DNA of 64,000 nt from the human T2T-CHM13v2.0 reference genome, Homo sapiens: NCBI RefSeq assembly GCF_009914755.1, contig NC_060928.1. One strand, written 5' to 3'. The notes beneath the pieces were generated by a model. The model was not told the origin of the DNA. It made no database searches and was given only the letters and a program-made list of their open reading frames with translations. Within the stretch, counting starts at the first letter, position 1; the number at the start of each line of letters is the position of its first letter. The position numbers and the translations under genes were made by a program. This document shows positions 42,299 to 55,070 of this stretch, in pieces.

Positions 42299-44453
42299 TT
42301 AATAACATCACATAAATATTAAAGAAAACAGCAGCCAGAAACCCCCTATGTATTGACCCACAGGAAATATTCTTAGTTCTCAGCTGTATGAGACCAGGTT
42401 TGCTTCTAAGAATATTTACATTTTATTCAGTACAATAAGATGTTTTGGAGACCCTCTCTCTGAAACTCTCCCTGTTATTTCTTTTAAACAGGAGTCTGGC
42501 ATCCTGGGAATCTTGTTGGCCTTCTACAAGAAACTTTGTCTTTAAAATAAAAACCATTTATTTTATTCTTAGCTGCAACAGAACAGTAGCTTCAAAGAGA
42601 ATTCAGTCAATGTGTGACATTTATCTTTATAGCAAACGGACATAATCTTCCCTCTATCGTGTCCCCTTTCAGAGGAGCCGTGTAGCATGTGCTGGGGGCG
42701 CAGGGTCACATGAAAGAAACCTCCCCCTCAAGTGTCACGTCTCTCTTGCAGGGCGGAAAGGCTATCGAGTGGTGGACTCTTAAGGAATTAAATACACCAT
42801 GACCTGGCAACCACTGAATCCTGTTCAAAAAAGAAGAATAAGGCCAAACCTAAAAGACAATTTTTTTTTCATGGTTTGGACTTCCCTTGACCTAAAGAAG
42901 GTCAAAGAAATGGTGGTGTCTAAATTACTCAAGGCGGGATCAGCTTTTCTAGCACATATCTCTTTGTAACTTAAGAATCAACTTTATATGCTTTTTTCTT
43001 GCGCATTTTGAGAAATCGCTTTTTAAAAATGAAAGCCCTGCCTGAAATCAGGATGGTGTGTAGTTTATTTTTGTGGCTTTTTGTTGTTGTTCTTGGGGGC
43101 GGTTATTATTTGTTTACTTAAGTCATTAGGCAACAGAAACTCTTTTCCCTGCTGTGAGAGGCCAATGCACCTACGTATTTTGAATTAAACTAAGATTTCC
43201 TTCTAAGGGAGAGGAAAGAATAATAATGACAAATGTTCCCATACAGGGGTGATGACTCTCACCACATTTCCATAATGCTTCTTAGATAAATCGAAGGTAC
43301 ATCCCAATCCAGCCCCAGGTGGCCCCCAAACCAACAGTATAATGTGTGGAAGGTGGGGGAGGGAGGGGGAGGGAAGAAAAGGGAGTTGGGGAGGGTAGAG
43401 GGGACAGATGGAGATGATCCACCTTTCCTTCCACTCCTCAGATGCCAAAATCAGTGATCCCCAGTAACACCAAATCATGTACCCATGATACAAAGACAAA
43501 TAACAAAATTAGATACTCTGTGAACTCCTTATTAACCCATAATCTAGCTAGGCTGCTGGGAAGTGATGACATTCACTTTAACTGAAAAGAGTGAGGGCAT
43601 CCCCTCTTCTGTTTCCAAGCCATGCAATAACAAACAGAACTTGAACGTAGGATGGGCCCACGTGGACGTATGGAATATTTTTCAGGTAACAATTTCAAGG
43701 ACCCTCATTTTCTTGGCAGTGATCTTTCCTCATGCATGAGTTTTACAAAATGAAAGATTTTTTAAATAAAATTACTCTGCTGATGAAGCTGCTTCTTCAA
43801 GTCTTAGACTGAACAGAGGCATGTTGAAATGGGAGAGTTGGGGTGGGGAGGCCTTAGGTACAAGTCAATCAGCACAGGGTTCTATAACCCAAAGCTGAGA
43901 AGTTCCTTTCCCTCCTCTTTCAGTTTGAACATTCTGAACATCCCTTGATTAAAATATTAAGTGTTTCAGCAATATAATAAATATAGTAAAAAGCAAAGTA
44001 AGAAACGATTTCTTATAGATCTCCCATATTCAATTATTCTGAGAACCCCACTGAGTTGCTGGCATAGATTAAGTGTATTTAAACCAAAAAGGAACATAGC
44101 TTTTCCCTTGGGTGTATTTCCCACAACAAAACAAACAAAAAGTCTACCATTCACTGGAAGCTCATGACCTCTTTCTCATCTTTACATGTATCTGGTCGTT
44201 TGAGTGAAAAAAATTATATTCACAACCATTGCTGGTTATACCGGAGACTTCAATATGACAAAGCTGCTACAGTCTGGGCTTCAGGAAACATGGTTTTATC
44301 AGTCACTTCTTTCCAAGTCTTCAATCAACTAAAGTTTATTATTAACTTTGCATAAGCTTTCCCAACTAACAAATGTCCAGATGAATTGTATACTAGAAAC
44401 GCCATTCACACATTTATTCAATAACTAGATATGCAGAATATACATATATATAA

Positions 44454-44809
<356 letters not shown>

Positions 44810-46216
44810 TAAATGAAATTTCTATAAGTCAGGAGTGATTTTTTCCATCGTAGAACTACCCCAGCCTCCTTTGCTCTTCTCCTTGTTTCCTAATTTTACC
44901 CATTTCTCTCCTTATTTCACCAGATGGCAGGTGAGAAGAGAGGAGAAGTGGAACTTAGAATTGACAACATCCTAGGATTTTACTGACATTTCAGAAACTC
45001 TGGAGAGAACAGTTTGGATCACCAAGAGTCATAAAAGTCCCAGATACCCATTTTCCTCGTTGTCTTCTGCTGTTGACTCAAGTTTTGAAGTACTTATAAT
45101 TAGTGAATATAGCTCACTCAGCCATTTAAATGGAAATTTGTCATAAATGCATCAAATTGACATTAACTGTGATCGTTCCGTCAATTATTTGCCATTCCAA
45201 ACCCTCTTCATCATTGTTGCTGAAAATAATCAAAAGTTGGCTAGACACACACGATGGCAATGTTTGTACCGATGAGGATGCACATAGCCTACTTCCTGCT
45301 CCAGTCTGGCAGGATATCCTTAAGAGACATCTGAAACCCCAACACGCATCCCAGGAACGTGTATTTATCATGTACACAATTTTAAAGCAAACCAGAACAA
45401 GAAATGGTGTTTCCACTGTGAGAATTCAAGTGACTAAATTTCTCCCTCAGATGAATAATTGTGAATGCTAAGGTCCTATATGACAGCGATTTCTCCTTTG
45501 GAAAGACTGCCTCCACTAGAAAAACCTTAGGATTCAAATTTTCCACATGCACATTCCTTCAAAATTGGATTGGATTTGAATTAAATAAAGCATTCACAGG
45601 AAATGTGTTGATTATGTTTGATTGACAATCTTTTTGAGTTCTTATAGGACAAGAAATTGTAGGAGAATAGGATACGTGAAAAGGGCTTAAATTCCACAAA
45701 AAGTAATAAAAATGCTAACATAAAAGTATATGGTGTGATAAATTAGGGCAGAGTAGTTCCTGATTGTACAAAAGTCCATTTGTGATGGAGGCAGCAGGAG
45801 TGTGGGCTCTCCCTTGTCCACTATTTCAAAAGCAGTGGGTTTTTTTCCCCTTATGTTCAGTGATGCCATGCACTCCATGACAAAGATGCTTTGATCTTCT
45901 CCCATTAAATATATCTTGTATGGACCTAGCCTGAACTTAGTAAGAAAAAAAAATCATTTGTATGAAAGGGAGGGAATGCTGTATGTCTCTAAGATTATTC
46001 ATTACCTTTCAAAAGTGAAGCTATTTGTGAAGTCTTTGTGTAATACGTACATGAAAGACTACTATGCTGCTTACTTAAAGTATTTTTGTTGTGCTCTTGC
46101 TTTTTTATTCCTGCCTCAGATCAGATGGGGAACCCAACTGAAAAAAGCAATGAATAAGACATCGCAGTTTATAGTCTAAAGGACTTACACGATGATTGAA
46201 AGAAAAGATGCCATAC

Positions 46217-47266
46217 CTGAATTGGAGGGTTTAGAAACTCTTCCCTTAGGAACTGGGAGTAATAATAATTCCAGGGATTGTGGTGGTGGTGGTGGAGGTG
46301 GTGGAGGTGGCGGTGGAGGTGGCGGAGTGACTTTTTCTGGTTTCTTCTCTGAAGGCGGGGGCGGTAGAGGGTCCTCAGGCAGCAGCGATGATTTCTCAGC
46401 CAGAAGACTGCCCGCAGCCCTTGCGGCCACCTCCTTCAGAAGGGCCGCTGAGGAGGTCATAGAAGCCAGGGAAAGGAAGGAGCTGGCCGGTGGAGGGTGC
46501 TCCTGACCAGGAGTCAAACTTCTTTCACTGACCTTCTTGGACAAAGCGGCCAAGGTAGAACTGGCAGACTGGGAGCTAAAAGGGGAGGAAAAGGACTCAA
46601 ATCGCATGGTCTCCTCAGTCCTGGTGAGAGATTTGTCCTGCAGAACGGCATTGGCTGCAGCTTTCAGTTTTAGGATGGCTGAATCCGGAGACAAGCTGCA
46701 GGTGGTGGTTGAGTTTGGCAACCACTTACCTTGATTCCATATAAAACGGTTACTTGGAGTGTATTGGTCATTCTGTTCCTGCTTCTCGGCCAACTTCCTG
46801 GCCAGAACACTGAGCTGCTGGGCGTGGTGGGAAGGCGGGGAAAAGGAGAGGTTCGAGCCAACGTTTACGGGGGACTCCACTCTGCCATTAGCCGTGGCTG
46901 CAGCATCGAGTTTGAGGGAACCAGCCTCCAGCAGCCGCCTCAAATTGCTGCTCAGGGGCTTGTTGGAGCCTGGGTCATCGTCACACAAAGAAGACACTCC
47001 CGGGGAAAGGTGATCTTGACACTGCAGTGAGTCTCGCAGGACCTCACTGTCCAGTGCCACCAGCTCCAACGTGTGGCTGCTGGGAGTCGTGCTTCCCAAG
47101 GAGGTGTCCGGGGACGTGGACTGCTCCTGGATCCGGTCCTCCAGAGACAACTTATAGTTCTCCTGGACTTCCCCATAGGATGCTTCTGACGGAGTCTCTG
47201 AAGAGTTTCCATACCAGTGTTCTCCTTCACTGAGCTCTCCCTCCGCCTCTTCCTGCCTACTAACAT
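46217..47266 (-). CDS. ZNF827: ZNF827 coding exon 2 (1050 nt, phase 1/1): Ser/Pro-rich N-terminal region with a 15-Pro tract
   Basis: Acceptor ttcttaattctccccAG|ATGTTAGT, donor AATTCAG|GTatgg; translates (H)VSRQEEAEGELSEGEHWYG...KGRVSKPSNS; overlaps ORF 46185..47150. Confidence 0.96.
46281..46325 (-). repeat. ZNF827: Coding (CCN)15 poly-proline tract
   Basis: 15 consecutive Pro codons (CCA/CCT/CCG mix). Confidence 0.97.
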
Positions 47267-48324
47267 CTGGGGAGAATTAAGAAGATCAGGTTTACTCCCA
47301 AAGTGAACAATAAGTAAGTCTCAAGACATTCAAATGGAGGTGATGACATGCTTTCTCTTCCCTTCCACCCAAGAACCAAATGAAAGGTGGCAACAGCCTT
47401 AACAGAATGTCAGACAGACTTGGCAGAAGCCTGAAAAAAGTAAAAAATGCTACACAGGCAAAGGTAAAAACATACCCAAGTAGTCCAGATAAGTTGAAAG
47501 GGAAAAGAAGGAAAAAGAAAAATGGATCTGGTAAAGAGGTAATTGGATGAAGAAACTGCTATTTTCAGGGAATGGGGGGAAATGGAAAGAAGCCTATATC
47601 CTTGTGAAAAACCAGCACAGTATGTTTAGCACTGTGACAGAATGAGAGAGGCAGCCTGGCATAGTGGGACACAGACCGTGAGACACAGACAGTGGGAAGC
47701 GCTTCCCTACTTTCTAACTCCGTGACTCTAGGCAAGTCACTGAGCTGGTCTGAGAATCCACTTCCTCCAATATAAGATGCAATTCATTTTTTAAAAAGCT
47801 TATCAAAAATGTACATAATACCTGCTTAACTCACTTTATCAGTTGTTATAAAGCTTATATCATAATAAGCATGTGATCATGTTTTGAAAACAGTCAAGTA
47901 CCGTATAAAATCAGATTTCATTAGCAAACACTACTCACATTTCTGGCTTCTGACTGTGACAGTACCTCCCATGTTATGCATGCTACCTATTTGAGGGTCC
48001 TCAACTCCAGTCATCAACATGCTTGCCATATTATCACAGGCAGCGGTTAGGAATGTGTTCCCTCCCTCCACTAAGAGTGTCTTTTCATTATTTTCTATTT
48101 ATCGATCCACCACTACCACTCCCATGACACTCTCATGCACCAGTTAGGCAGGCTCCTTGCCATTCTAGGGGCATTCATGAGCCCTGCCACTTTTCTACCT
48201 TTTCTCACGATATTCCTTCCATCTCAAATGTCTTTCCCCAGAAAAGCTGATTGTCCAATTCTACTTACCCTTCAACACCCGACTCAAAGGTTTCTTCCTT
48301 ACAATTCTCCCTGGAACTCTCACT

Positions 48325-49045
48325 CAGAATGAACAAAACTAAGATCCTGCCTTCTTGGAGCTTACATTCCAGTGGGGGAAGACAAGTGTCAAACAAAATT
48401 AATAAATGGGTAAATAACATAGCATGCCAGAGGGTGATAAGTCCATGGAAAACCACATAGGGCAAGACAGGGAGGATGGGGAGTAATGGGTGGGAAGAGA
48501 GCTGCAATTTTAAACAGGTGGTCAAGGTGGAGCTTCACAGAAGTGGTGGCATTTCAGCAAAGCCTTGGAGGAAGTGAGAAACTGACCATGCAGAGGGAGA
48601 GTCACTGTGAAGGCCCTGCTGTGGGAACATGCCTGGCACGCCCATGGAACAGCACGGAAGCCAGTGTGCATGGGGTGCAGTGAGTGAGGTCAGAGCAGTG
48701 CCATAGGAGGTCAGAGAATATCATGAGTCAGTGTGTGTTGGCATGTGTATGAGAGTGTGTATGCACGTGTGTGTGTGTGTGCGCGTGTGTGCACATGCAC
48801 TGTGGTGCAGGAGTGGGGTCACACAGATCTACAGGACGTTGTGAACTGCAGAAAGGTCTTCTGAATTTGGCAAAACTGGGTACCACTGGAGGGTTTGTGG
48901 CAAGCGAGTGTTATGACATGACTTATGTTGTCAAAGCATTGTTCTGGCTGCTGTGTGGAAAACAGACTTCAGGTACAAGGATGAGCACAAAGAGGCCAGC
49001 TAGGAGGCTAGGATCCAGGTGGGGATTATGAAGGCTCAGCTCAGG
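48325..49045 (-). mobile_element. L2 remnant containing a (TG)n-rich tract (~48730-48800)
   Basis: gaatgaacaaaactaagatcctgccttcttggagcttacattccagtgggggaagaca...ctggctgctgtgtggaaaacagact. Confidence 0.7.
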
Positions 49046-52000
49046 ACTGCAAGGCGTGAGAAGTGACTCAATTAGGTGCATATTTTTATTGCAGAGCCAA
49101 CATTCTCATATTTTGTTTACATTGGTTTTATATTACTCTAAATTATCTGTCTGCTGTTGGCTTCCTTCTAAAGTGGTGCTCCTAGAGGGCAGGAATTGTA
49201 TTTTATTATCTACATATTCCACACTGTGCCTAGCACAATGTCTGGTCCCTAGCAGAGTTCAATGTATGTGTAGGGATTGAGCCAAAATCCCTCCTTGTGC
49301 CAAGTTTTGCCATATAGCATGCTGTTTCTTTTTGAAATAGAAGTAACTAGAACTAGTAATGCATGAACCATACACTAATACATTGATCTTCCCATGCTAT
49401 TTAGAGAAGAAATGTCACAAATGACAAATTCTCTTTCACGAAGCTAAAATTCTGCAACTCCTTCCTGAGATTCTTTATTAAGTTATCAAGAAAATGTAAA
49501 ATATCAAATGGAATTTGCTGGGAAAAAAAGCAGATTAAATTGAATTTTCTCTGTTAAAAACAGTCTGGTTCTTTGTGATCTGCCACATTTCCTCCTTCCC
49601 AGTTGATTTTAACATTTTTCATCTTTCCTGAAATTGGCGGCGACCCTAAACTCATCATTTCCCCAGTGGCTTCTTGGAGAGATGCTTTTTACCAAACACC
49701 AAGCAGTCAACATCAATTTCAACAATAGGGCTAATTTTATGTTTCTTTGGCAAACCACCTTTCTTGATTTCAGATTAAACATCTCATCCTTCAGTAGAAT
49801 CACATAGGAAGTATCCTATAAATAGTAAGTCAAAAGTTTAAAAATCCCTACAGTAAGAATTTGTTGAATATCTGCTCAAATAATCTTTTCTTTAATCTTT
49901 ATTATTAAATGAAGTACACTCATTAAGTGAAGTAACGGGAAAATATATTATTCAAATTTAAATACTTTTAGGTCATATGTGTGTCATACCAGAGGAGCTC
50001 AAGATAGTCAAGAATGGTTCCAAACTAATGCAGTAGGGTCACCTAACAGCATACCTAAAATCTAGGTTTTGAGAACCACAAGAAGTTACAACCACACATC
50101 AAATCTTGTCATTTTACTCAGACTATTAAATACGTTAAGTAAAGGTTACTGGCTGAATCAAAGACACACGACCACGTAGAGCTAATGCAGAAACCAAGAA
50201 CCCCAAATCTCTCAGCTGGCCCAATGCTTCTCTGCAAGGTTCCACTGCACAATCTGCAGACAGAACCGCTGAACGACGACTTCTAGAGAGCTCTGAGCAG
50301 CTGCTCACCCGCTTTCCATTCCCCCATCCTTCCTGCCAACCTCTTGAATCAGAAATCAGCAAGGGATTCTCTTAGATAAGGACAGTATTCACTCTTTATC
50401 TTGAGATAAATCATTAAGAGGTGAACACTCATTATTCCTGTACTCTAATCTCTTCATTCCCATTCTGCCTCTTCTTTGTTGGAGTCGGTCAAAAGGAGAT
50501 TCAAATGCCTAAAGAATTTAGCACTTCTACTGGCAAAGTCCCAAAAGCAAAGCTTAATTTCCTAACCCCCTCCACACCCTCAGTGAGCAAGAATATTCCC
50601 CCTCCAAACGTGCTGAAACAGGTGAGTGTGCAAACAGGTAAGTGTGCCAAAGGCTAAAGAAACTGTCAATTCAGGTTCTAATCCTACCAAGCAGTGATAA
50701 AGATGTCTGAACCTTCTTGAAAGATACAACAGCTAATGTCTACATTTAAAGCAACTTTCCTAACTTGTCAAAACACAAACTCAAAATAAACAAGTGAATA
50801 AACAAAGTATTTCTTAAACAGAACTGTTTGTGGCTCCTAAAATGCCTAGATAATTTCTCAACCATCCATCCCTCTGTTGTTTGCAGACTCGATCACTGAG
50901 ATACACACACCTCTGGACTGCAAGAAAACTTGGATGCATGAAGAGTATCTCTTAAATTCATAATACTCTGTTAATCACTTTTCTGAAGATGCTGCTACTG
51001 AAATTGAGGTTATTCAAGAAATAAGTTACCATATAATTTTAATGCATGGCATAGAAAGAGAAAGAGCAGAAACTTGAGGAGAAACATAGCTGAAATTATT
51101 CTGGCAATACCTGAGGTTAAATAAATGGTGAGAGGAGCTTTGGGAGAAATGAATGCAAGAAAATGAGGATGTGCAGAGGGTGGGGAAAAATTATAAGAAG
51201 CTCAAACAAATATGTCTGTGTTCACAAAACAGCAAGGATTTTCTCCCACTTTTTTTTTCTTCTTTTTTTGCCTGCTGGGCTCCTCTATTTTCATGTCCAA
51301 TCTCATAATGGAGGAGTTCTTGAATGTTGCAGTGGTCTAGCTATGGTGAGCTCTCCTTCTGCAGAGTGTACGACAACCTGCACCTTTCCTAGCCTGGAAT
51401 TTCCTTTCACACTACATCGTGAGAAAAAGTTCTCTCATTGTGGAGCTCAAAACAAAGCATTTTTTTAAATCTAGAAGATGAATTTGCTGGACACAACAAA
51501 CTTTAGAACATGCAAGCCTTGACTTTTGTGTCTCTCTTTCACAATCTGAGAAGTCTCAGGCAGCAAGACACCTCCATTTTCCAGTCTGCCAACCAGCGCA
51601 GACTCTTCACATGGTCACAGAGCAGCACTGCACAAGCCAAGGTCCTGGAAGTGCTTCCTGCGGTACAGTGACCGTGGATTTCACAGCTTTCTTAACCAAG
51701 GCTTCCCGGGGAAGCCTCTAAGTGGCCAATGTAAATAACTTCCTTGTAAATACATTATTTTTAACCTCCAGAGAAGAAAGCTATTTCCATTGCTAATTTT
51801 ACAACAACCTCTGTCTCTGACTGTCAGGTTCACACTCATTCTTGTCAATTTTACACAACAGTCTGTTTTTGTGTGTGTTTTCCCTTTAAATCAGAAACAC
51901 AAAGAATTAAGAATAGCAATGGTGCAATTACAGAATGAAAATATGCTGAATAAATTTTGTTTCCATGTGGCGAATATTTCTCCTTTGGGGAAAACAAAAC

Positions 52001-54419
52001 AAAATTCCACTACCTAACACATTTATTTATAATTCAGTTCTCAAGCAGCAACTCAGTAACTTGATATCTACAACTCTTGCTGCATTCTCGGTAGAGAATG
52101 TCTTTTCAACTCACTTCCTTTTTGGTTTGACAGTTTTAATCAGATGCATTTAATTGGACCAATATACATCTCAGAGCATCCTCGTTCAGAAAGATTGTGA
52201 GTGCACAGTGAAAAAAATATATAACAAAGAGACACCTATTAATTTTCAAGCTTTTTGGTTTAAGCAAGTGGGGAAGGAAGCCTAAAAGTCCCATTTCTAA
52301 ATCTACTCGCAAACTATTCCCACCAGTCAGTCCATATGAGTCTAGCCAGCAGGTTTTAATGAGAACAGGACTTGAATTCTTAGGACTCACCTGGCATAGG
52401 ATTGGAGAGATGCTTTCTCACGGTCAACTCTCTAACAATCAGTGTCTCCAACACTCTCTTCTTGTGACCACAGGTATGTTCACCTGGTACCTACCAACCA
52501 ACCTTCTGGTTTATTTTCATGTAAAAATCTTGTAAGTTTTCCCTTTCCTACTAATACACTTCTATAGCTAAATATCTAATGCCTTTTAAGATCATACATT
52601 TCCATTAGCATTATCAGTTATACTCATAATAAGTGCTGCAAATCATACAACCAACTTTTACATGCAGTTTTACATAAAAGTAGTTTGTAAGTTTACTACA
52701 AAAGTTATTAGCAAAACCAGTGCTACTAATTGACTTAATTCAACAAGCATTTACTGATCACCTACTATGTTCAGGGAACTGTTCCCTGCAAAGGGAAACA
52801 GAGACACAACAGTCTCTGGCATAAAAGTTTCTAATCAACAGAAGAGTGAGGGTTTCACAAGCATTCAAAGCATAATGACTGGTGCCACCATACAGAAACA
52901 GCAAGGGTTGTGTAAGCACAAAAGAGGGAATAATGAACTCCAGAGGTGCAGGTGGCTTTGGAAATGGACCTCAAAGGATGAGGGCGATTTTAATAGTAGA
53001 CAAAAATTCATTAACAAGCAGCCTTGCTCCTCAGCAAATTATCAAAAAGGAAATATGCCAGTCATGGAGAAAGCTAATATTCAAGTGATATATGTTGGAT
53101 AAATTAACCCAATGAAAAAATTGTATATTTTTATAAAATACACTATCTTCACATTTTAAAAATATACTATTGATTTGTCAAAGGTAGACCTTACCAACTA
53201 TTTTACCATACTCACTAGTTTTGAAATCAAACTATTACATTATAAATACCTGGAGGCAAGGCTATGAGTTAGTCATTTTTGTGTTCCTTCTTGATTCCCT
53301 GCTCATAGTAGGGGTATCTGGGCTCCTGTGGTTGTAAATGACAGAAAACCAGCAGGACCGCATGAAGCAATAAGGGAATTTTCTCAGTTCCTGTACCAAA
53401 CAATAAAAGGGGCACAATGGAGCCAGCATCAGATAGGATGTCGAAAGCACCATCAGGGCTCTCTCTCATTCGCCTCTAGTCTCTTCCTCTCAGGCCACTT
53501 TTCCCAGGAGGCTGAAAACCTGGCTGCAACCGGTTCTGGGTTTTCACTCTCAATGACTTCCCACTAGAGAAAGGTCTTTACGCCTCTGATTGGCCTGTTG
53601 GAGGTCATGTTCCCCTCCATGGGCCTATCACTGAAGCCAGGGGGCGGGTTCTACAATGGGCTCAATGTGGGTCACAGAAGAAAGGAGAGGGAAGAGGTAT
53701 CAGGAAGACAAAAGCAATGACCTCTATAATGTTTAATAAAGGTTTCTTCTGCCGCATATCAGGCTGTTCTGAATCAATTTTATGATGCTAAGCATAAAAC
53801 ACATCCGCATTTAGGCCGGTTTTACTTGCCAAGTTTTAAATTGTCCCTTTGTAGCCTGAGAGCCTTAGCACATCCCCCACACCAGGTCTGCCTGAAACTA
53901 AGAGACCTCTCGCGTCTTCAAGGCTCCAAGTCCACAGTCTGAGGTAAATGCACGGCCGGCAATGGGCTTCACAGGACAGAGACTCGGAGATTACAGTTAT
54001 CGAAACACGGATGTCCAGGACACCCAACCGCTGTCAGCGTGCCCAGGAAGAAAATGTAAGAACTGCTAGTTATTTAAAACTGCCAGGGTGCAGAAGACAA
54101 CCAGATTCCTGTCACCAGTCCAGCTAGGGAAAAGGTGCTGCAAAGGCATGAGGAAGTGAGAGGAAGTCTGGAGACGAGAGTAGTCCACACACGGGGGGAG
54201 GGAGGGGCTCCTGGGTCAAGACGAGCATTTGGCACACAGCAACATTTTCAAATCATTATTCTAAATGACCGTGAGTAAAATAAAGGTAACACAAATGAAC
54301 GCATCACTCCTCTGCAGAGTGAGTTCGAAAAAGTAGCTAAGTCAGTTTCAGTATTCTTCATATAAAGTGCTTAGCCAGACCTTCCATGGCCGAGGAACTG
54401 CCCGTGTTCCTCCCTCTAC

Positions 54420-55070
54420 CTGCCCGTCTCAGCAGGAATGGCAACTCCTCCATCCTTTCAATTACTTAGACCCAAAACCATGCCACCTCCCTTGACTCTT
54501 CTCTTTCTCTCAGACCCCACATCCAATTCATTCTCGGATTCCGTTGGTTCTACCTTCAACAGAGGTACCAAATCTGGCCACTTTGCACCATTTCCACCAC
54601 TACTACTAACCTGGTACCCAGTGCTGTCATCCCCCACCTGTACTATGGCAGTAGCCTTCCAACTGGTCTCCTCACTTCCCAACCTTGCTCCATTATTCTC
54701 AACCAGCAGCCAAAGTAAGTTCTCAAACTTCCACAATGGTTTCCCATGTTTCTCAGTATAAAATACAAAACTCTTACCTGAACCTCAAGGCATCCCTAAT
54801 CATCTCCTTGTGACCTCCTCTCCTAACACTCTCCCTTACTAGGAAAATAAGCTCCTGCCTCAGGGCCTTTGCAATTGCTCTTCCTCTGCCTGAAACAGCC
54901 ACATGCTTAATTCCCCTAATTCCTCAGGTCTGCCCTCAAACCTCACTGTTTTTTAGAATACAAGCTCCGAGGGAGGACTTTATTTTGGTTGCTGCTGCAT
55001 CCTCGGCATTTAGGTTGGTACTGAACACAGAGCAGGCAGTCAATTATTATTTGTCCAATGCATAAATGAA
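54420..55070 (+). mobile_element. L2 remnant
   Basis: ccttgactcttctctttctctcagaccccacatccaa, cctcagggcctttgcaattgctcttcctctgcctgaaa. Confidence 0.75.

Noticed and set aside
46192-47233. Several plus-strand ORFs including a poly-Gly ORF
   Set aside because: Antisense shadows of the GC-rich ZNF827 exon 2; poly-Gly mirrors the poly-Pro tract
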